Shown here: positions 59,591 through 64,000 of the stretch, one piece after another | Layout of the letters: every line of letters begins with the position of its first letter | Numbering within the stretch: position 1 is the first letter of the stretch | Assembly (NCBI GenBank): GCA_035516155.1 | Contig: DATJAP010000001.1 | Location: 120,239-184,238 of the forward strand | DNA from: Nitrospirota bacterium | GTDB taxonomy: Bacteria > Nitrospirota > UBA9217 | Reading direction: 5' to 3' | Length of the DNA: 64,000 nucleotides | The notes under the pieces: generated by a model | Database searches by the model: none | What the model saw: the letters and a program-made list of their open reading frames with translations, nothing else | What the model was told of the DNA's origin: nothing | Translations under genes and position numbers: made by a program

Positions 59591-60442
59591 ATGCAGACCA
59601 AGGGGGCACTTTTATCGAAAATTAGCGCAGTATCCCGCCGACCGGCACTGGCTGTCGTCGTCTTGATTGCGATCACCGTTGTTGCTGCACCGACACCGTC
59701 CTTCTCCGAACATAACGGCATGACTGTTTCATTCCCGGTCGAGGGCGGAACGATGTCCGGGGTTCTGTTCGTGCCAGCCCGGACACCGGCCCCGGCTGTG
59801 GTCGTACTGCACACCAAGGGTCTAGCCGTCGAGCCAGCGGACGTGAAGTTCGCGGCAGCGCTCGCCAAGGAGGGCTTTGTCGCAGTCGCCGTGAACTACC
59901 TTGAAGGTGCCGAAGGTAGGCTTTGGGCGCCCGCGATCGATGAGCGACTCTCGCAGGTAGTCGACCTCCTCAGAGAGCGGCCAGAGGTCGGGGGCAGACC
60001 GGTAGGGGTGGTGGGCTTCTCGCTGGGTGCACATGGCATCCTGGTGTCGGCCCTCATTCCGGCCGTGAAGGTCGTCGTGGTCTATTATGGCGCCTATGAC
60101 CCGCGTAAGGCGAAAGGTAAACATTTCGGGCCTGATGTTAAGCTGCCAATCGACGTCGTTGCCGAGGTCAATGCTCCGGTTATGATGCTACACGGAACGC
60201 TTGACAACGAGGTCCCCGTGCAGATCGCGCGCGGCATGGAGGCGGCCCTCAAATCTGCGGGGAAAAAAGTAGAGCTGGTAGTTTATCCCGGTGCCTATCA
60301 CCGCTTTGATCGTGGCCCGACCGCCCGTATGAGAGGCAACAGGACGAGGGACGGCTTCATCTATCAATATGATGAAACTGCGGCGAAGGATGCGTGGAAG
60401 CGAACGATCGCATGGTTTCATACATACCTGGATGGCGCATAG
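59591..60442 (+). CDS. dienelactone hydrolase family alpha/beta hydrolase, secreted
   Basis: Signal-like N-terminus. Nucleophile elbow GFSLGA, plus MLHGTLDNEVPV and YPGAYHRF. The start is uncertain (59528, 59543 or 59591). Confidence 0.8.
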   Translation: MQTKGALLSKISAVSRRPALAVVVLIAITVVAAPTPSFSEHNGMTVSFPVEGGTMSGVLFVPARTPAPAVVVLHTKGLAVEPADVKFAAALAKEGFVAVAVNYLEGAEGRLWAPAIDERLSQVVDLLRERPEVGGRPVGVVGFSLGAHGILVSALIPAVKVVVVYYGAYDPRKAKGKHFGPDVKLPIDVVAEVNAPVMMLHGTLDNEVPVQIARGMEAALKSAGKKVELVVYPGAYHRFDRGPTARMRGNRTRDGFIYQYDETAAKDAWKRTIAWFHTYLDGA

Positions 60443-60758
60443 TCATGCATTAGTCTGCGGCCAGAAGAATGATTACGCATGCCTTGATTTTGAAACATGC
60501 ATTCGTGCACACACGCGGCTGACACGATTTGTTCACGTGTAGGTTACATCGTATTTATTGATAGTTGCAGCAGGACGCAATTGCAGACGTGCAGGTGAAG
60601 CTCAGAGAACCAGAATCGCCGAGCAGGTACCACATGCCGTTAGAGTTTTTTAGTCAACGCTTCTTTCTAAAATGTGCACCTATGGCATGATGTCTCAATG
60701 TGCATATTTGACAGAAATCTATGTTTGGTACAATCGCTATAATTAGGAAAAAGGGAAA

Positions 60759-61940
60759 GTGAAACAAAACGCCTCCAGGTCTGTGGCCCGGAAAGTCATG
60801 AGCGAGTTTGCCGATCTAACCGGGCTGCTATCGAACAGTAAAGTGCCACGGCGCTACTTATGGACGGACGCTTTTGCCGTCTGCACCTTCCTGGGGCTTT
60901 ATCGTCAGACAAGCGATAACCTATACAAGAATCTCGCGTTGCACCTCGTCGATCAGGTGCATTTCATACTCGGACGACACCGTGACGATGACCTAAGAAC
61001 TGGCTGGATCAGCGGACTTCGTGAACAGGAAGGCAGATTGCATCCAACAAGGGGCGGGCTAAGAATCGGCAAGGGGATGAACGAGCGCGGGCCCAATGAT
61101 CCCTATGACGAACAGTTGGAATGGGATCGAGATGGACAGTACTATCATTACCTGACAAAATGGATGCATGCTCTCAATAGAGCAAGCAGAGTCACTGGAG
61201 ATTCAACCTACAACAGCTGGGCGATTGAACTTGCAAAAACTGCACATGCCAAGTTCACTTATGAACCATCGTCCGGCGAACAGAAAAGCATGCACTGGAA
61301 AATGAGCATTGACCTCTCGTATCCGCTTGTAGCCTCCATGGGACAACACGATCCTCTCGATGGATTCATCACTTATCTCCAGCTTCAGTCTCCTGCAGTA
61401 AAAGATTCCAATAAATCCAAACGGTTCGACCTCAGCGAGGAGATTGCGGACATGTCCAATATTTGTAAAGGAAAAAACTGGGTAACAGATGATCTCTTGG
61501 GTATCGGAGAACTCTTGAGTGCCGCGTACAAATTAGCCCAATTGATAATACTTGAAGGTTTTGATCAAACTGACTTTCTGGAGGTTCTATTGGATTCTTC
61601 CATGATTGGTTTGGAATCCTATGCAAGGGGAATGAATCCCTTGAAGCTTCCTGCTAATTACCGGCTTGCATTTCGCGAACTGGGCTTGTCTATTGGATTA
61701 CACGCAATAGAAAAAATGCAGGGACTGGTTAAGCAAGCTCCAAACAATGTAGACATGAAACAGCGGCTGCATTCGCGGGTTGAGAGTCTGATGCGGCATA
61801 CACTTCTTAGTGAGGTAATTGAGACTTTTTGGCTTGAACCTGTAAACAGACAAGCAAACACCTGGAGAGAGCATCGTGATATCAACATGGTGATGCTGGC
61901 AACAAGCCTAGCCCCTGATGGGTATCTCACACTTGAATAA
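60759..61940 (+). CDS. hypothetical protein (393 aa, predominantly helical)
   Basis: A long ORF with coding-like composition and a GTG start after AAAGGGAAA. I do not recognise the family. Confidence 0.6.
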   Translation: MKQNASRSVARKVMSEFADLTGLLSNSKVPRRYLWTDAFAVCTFLGLYRQTSDNLYKNLALHLVDQVHFILGRHRDDDLRTGWISGLREQEGRLHPTRGGLRIGKGMNERGPNDPYDEQLEWDRDGQYYHYLTKWMHALNRASRVTGDSTYNSWAIELAKTAHAKFTYEPSSGEQKSMHWKMSIDLSYPLVASMGQHDPLDGFITYLQLQSPAVKDSNKSKRFDLSEEIADMSNICKGKNWVTDDLLGIGELLSAAYKLAQLIILEGFDQTDFLEVLLDSSMIGLESYARGMNPLKLPANYRLAFRELGLSIGLHAIEKMQGLVKQAPNNVDMKQRLHSRVESLMRHTLLSEVIETFWLEPVNRQANTWREHRDINMVMLATSLAPDGYLTLE

Positions 61941-62361
61941 GTTAACGGAGCCGGCGTTGCTTACCCTAACCTTTAATCATAATGATGTGAAATCTTCATC
62001 GTAAAATGATATTGCTGCATCCCCTCCTTCCCGAACTTTTTTAAGTTCCCATTCGTTGGTCCTCATCAGGGTCAATTGCCAAATTAACAAGTAATTTGTC
62101 CTTCCCTGCGCTGTCTTCAAATTCTCCCCTGCCCTAGTTTTGCTTGCAATATTCGTCCCGGTTTGATACTCTTCAACATCACATAGCGGGGCATCGGAGT
62201 TCTTGGGTGCAGGTCCCAGAGATGCCAATTAATTCGTCATGCAATCTATGCTTGGCTGGGGTAGCATGGACCACAGATCCCCCCAGAATGCACAATTTTT
62301 GTTGGGGTTGCCCTTGAGAAGACCCCATTTATTCATTGAGACGGTAAAAAAATGACACCGT

Positions 62362-63342
62362 ATGACGATTAAAATTCTGTCGTTGGACGGCGGAGGGATA
62401 CGAGGAATCATCCCCGCGATCATTCTCGCCGAAATAGAGGACCGGACGAAGAGACCGATCAGCTCACTATTCGATCTCGTTGCTGGGACGTCAACAGGCG
62501 GCATTCTGGCCCTCGGGTTGTCAAAGCCAGAGAATGGAAAACCCCGATACAGCGCAGGAGAACTTGTCCAGTTCTACGAAGACAAAGGAGAAGCAATTTT
62601 TTCTCAGTCCCTCTGCCATGAGATTCGCTCCCTGAAGGGATTGATCGAGGAGCGCTACCCGCCGGACGGCATCGAAGCCGTATTGGACAGGTACTTCGGG
62701 GCAACAAAACTTTCCGAATCGTTAACCGATCTCTTTATCACGAGCTATGAGATCGAACGCCGTGACCCTTTTTTTTTCAGGACCACTAAAGCGAGAAAAG
62801 ACCCGGCCTATGACTATCTGATGAAGGATGTCGCTCGCGCGACCTCGGCTGCCCCTACCTACTTCCAACCTGCCAAAGTCCGTTCTGAAAAGCAAGCGGC
62901 TCGCAATGACCGTTTGAACTATTACACCCTTGTAGACGGAGGAATGTTCGCGAACAATCCAAGCATGTGCGCCTTTGTCGATGCGAAAATCGACATGTTC
63001 AACAAGCATGACGAGGAAGACCTGATCATGGTATCGATCGGGACCGGCCAGCTTTCCAGGACTCTTCCCTATCCTCTCGTTCAGGATTGGGGCATTCTGC
63101 AGTGGGCGAAACCGGCTTTGGATGTGGTCTTCGACGGCGTAAGCGACACGATTGATTACCAGCTGAGACAATTGTTGCCGACGGACAGGTACTACCGCTT
63201 CCAGGTAAGCCTCGAGATTATGGGCAGCGACGACATGGATGATACATCAGCGCAGAATCTGCATGAATTGAAAACAATCGCAGAGGAATTGATCAGCAAA
63301 GAGGGACAAACGCTGGATCGATTGTGCGCACAGCTCCTATGA
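62362..63342 (+). CDS. patatin-like phospholipase
   Basis: Oxyanion GGGIRG, nucleophile GTSTG (GxSxG), and catalytic Asp in VDGGMFANNP. Confidence 0.9.
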   Translation: MTIKILSLDGGGIRGIIPAIILAEIEDRTKRPISSLFDLVAGTSTGGILALGLSKPENGKPRYSAGELVQFYEDKGEAIFSQSLCHEIRSLKGLIEERYPPDGIEAVLDRYFGATKLSESLTDLFITSYEIERRDPFFFRTTKARKDPAYDYLMKDVARATSAAPTYFQPAKVRSEKQAARNDRLNYYTLVDGGMFANNPSMCAFVDAKIDMFNKHDEEDLIMVSIGTGQLSRTLPYPLVQDWGILQWAKPALDVVFDGVSDTIDYQLRQLLPTDRYYRFQVSLEIMGSDDMDDTSAQNLHELKTIAEELISKEGQTLDRLCAQLL

Positions 63343-63636
63343 TGCGGATCTATGTAAAAATGGATCGGCCTTTTATGTTAAAGGGCAAGTCTTTTCTGCA
63401 ATCGAAGCCTTTCTTCTGTTTTGTCTTTGGACGAGCAAGTCTTTAAAACCACCCTTTTATCAGCAGACATGCCTGAAGCTTGAAGGCCGCTGCATTTCCT
63501 CGGTCATGTTTTAAAGTGTGGGTACGCAGTCTGTAGCTGGGCAGACACATCGAAACGGTGCTGCAGGAAGAAAAAGAGCGTTACCCACGAGACATCAGGT
63601 CTATAAAGATCGACCGTCCAAGTACAATCCCGTCTG

Positions 63637-64000
63637 TTATTGAACTACTGCCGGCACGTACTCCTTTTGGTTTTTAAGAACGTATCGGATCCGGTTCAAC
63701 AGTTTTCTGGCGATATGGATAATGGCCCTGGTCTTCTTCATCTTCTTCGTAAGCCGCTCATAGGCCATTAATAGCGCTGGATCCTGCCGTACGGCGGCCC
63801 ACGCGTCCTCAATAATCAAAAAGCGAAGGAACTGGTTCTTCCGATTCGTCATGCCTTTTTTGGCATCTTTTTCTCCGCTAGAGTCTGTGTCAGGAACAAG
63901 ACCGATGTAGCTCGCCAGCTTATCGAGCGATGGGAATCGGTCAATATTGAATAATTCCGTAAGGAGCGTCATCGCGGTAAGCGTATGAATGCCGGGAACC
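63637..64000 (-). mobile_element. IS110-family transposase, C-terminal part (truncated by the window end)
   Basis: The Transposase_20-type region is present (F.SLDKLASYIGLVPDTDSSGEKDAKKGMTNRKNQFLR...). The reading frame stays open to position 64000. Confidence 0.85.

Overview
This 64-kb chromosomal window carries about 60 supportable protein-coding genes. Gene content suggests a deltaproteobacterial-type anaerobe (a GSU3473-like small protein, PAS/Cys-motif sensors, an HME-RND pump, many Fe-S and redox genes). That taxonomy is inference only. By eye I found no rRNA, tRNA or CRISPR array.

Layout, left to right:
- 1-3.2 kb: low coding density, with orphan small ORFs.
- 3.2-12 kb: a RibD_C-type reductase, an AT-rich islet with an SLT lytic transglycosylase, an AttH-like/ABC/FtsX (MacB-type) cluster, and an S41 peptidase.
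- 12.8-16.7 kb: an envelope-tethering locus with an OmpA-domain coiled-coil lipoprotein, a YafK/DpaA-like enzyme, a LysM L,D-transpeptidase and two Lpp-like lipoproteins ending in Lys.
- 17.3-18.2 kb: a tandem Usp protein.
- 18.9-30.2 kb: a metal island on the minus strand. It contains a Fur-family regulator with a Fur box, a split DsrE-like gene, HME-RND MFP/pump/OMF genes, then an uncharacterised module. The module is a duplicated 94-aa 'LDICH' protein flanking a TlpA-like thioredoxin and a CxxCxC beta-barrel, followed by an internally duplicated Met/His-rich periplasmic protein.
- 30.6-38.7 kb: mixed accessory genes. These include three copies of a conserved promoter cassette preceded by short tandem repeats, a receiver-GGDEF protein, and two frameshifted genes (HIT, methyltransferase).
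- 39-43.7 kb: YqgE/AlgH, then groESL preceded by three hsp20 genes under a CIRCE/sigma70 promoter.
- 44.7-46 kb: a PAS-PAS-Cys motif-PilZ sensor.
- 46.4-54.8 kb: nine co-directional redox/hydrolase genes.
- 55.1-57.5 kb: a cfa-like methyltransferase with an FAD reductase.
- 58.6-64 kb: ICMT-like, dienelactone hydrolase, a 393-aa hypothetical, patatin, and a truncated IS110 transposase at the window edge.

The best candidates for undescribed biology are the Lpp-like/LDT/DpaA-like tethering locus, the LDICH/TlpA/CxxCxC-OMP/Met-His module, and the recurrent repeat-bearing promoter cassette.

All functional calls rest on motif recognition by eye and recall of protein families; no searches were run. 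ORF coordinates include the stop codon. Several starts were moved from the ORF-track start to an internal start with a better Shine-Dalgarno or signal peptide.
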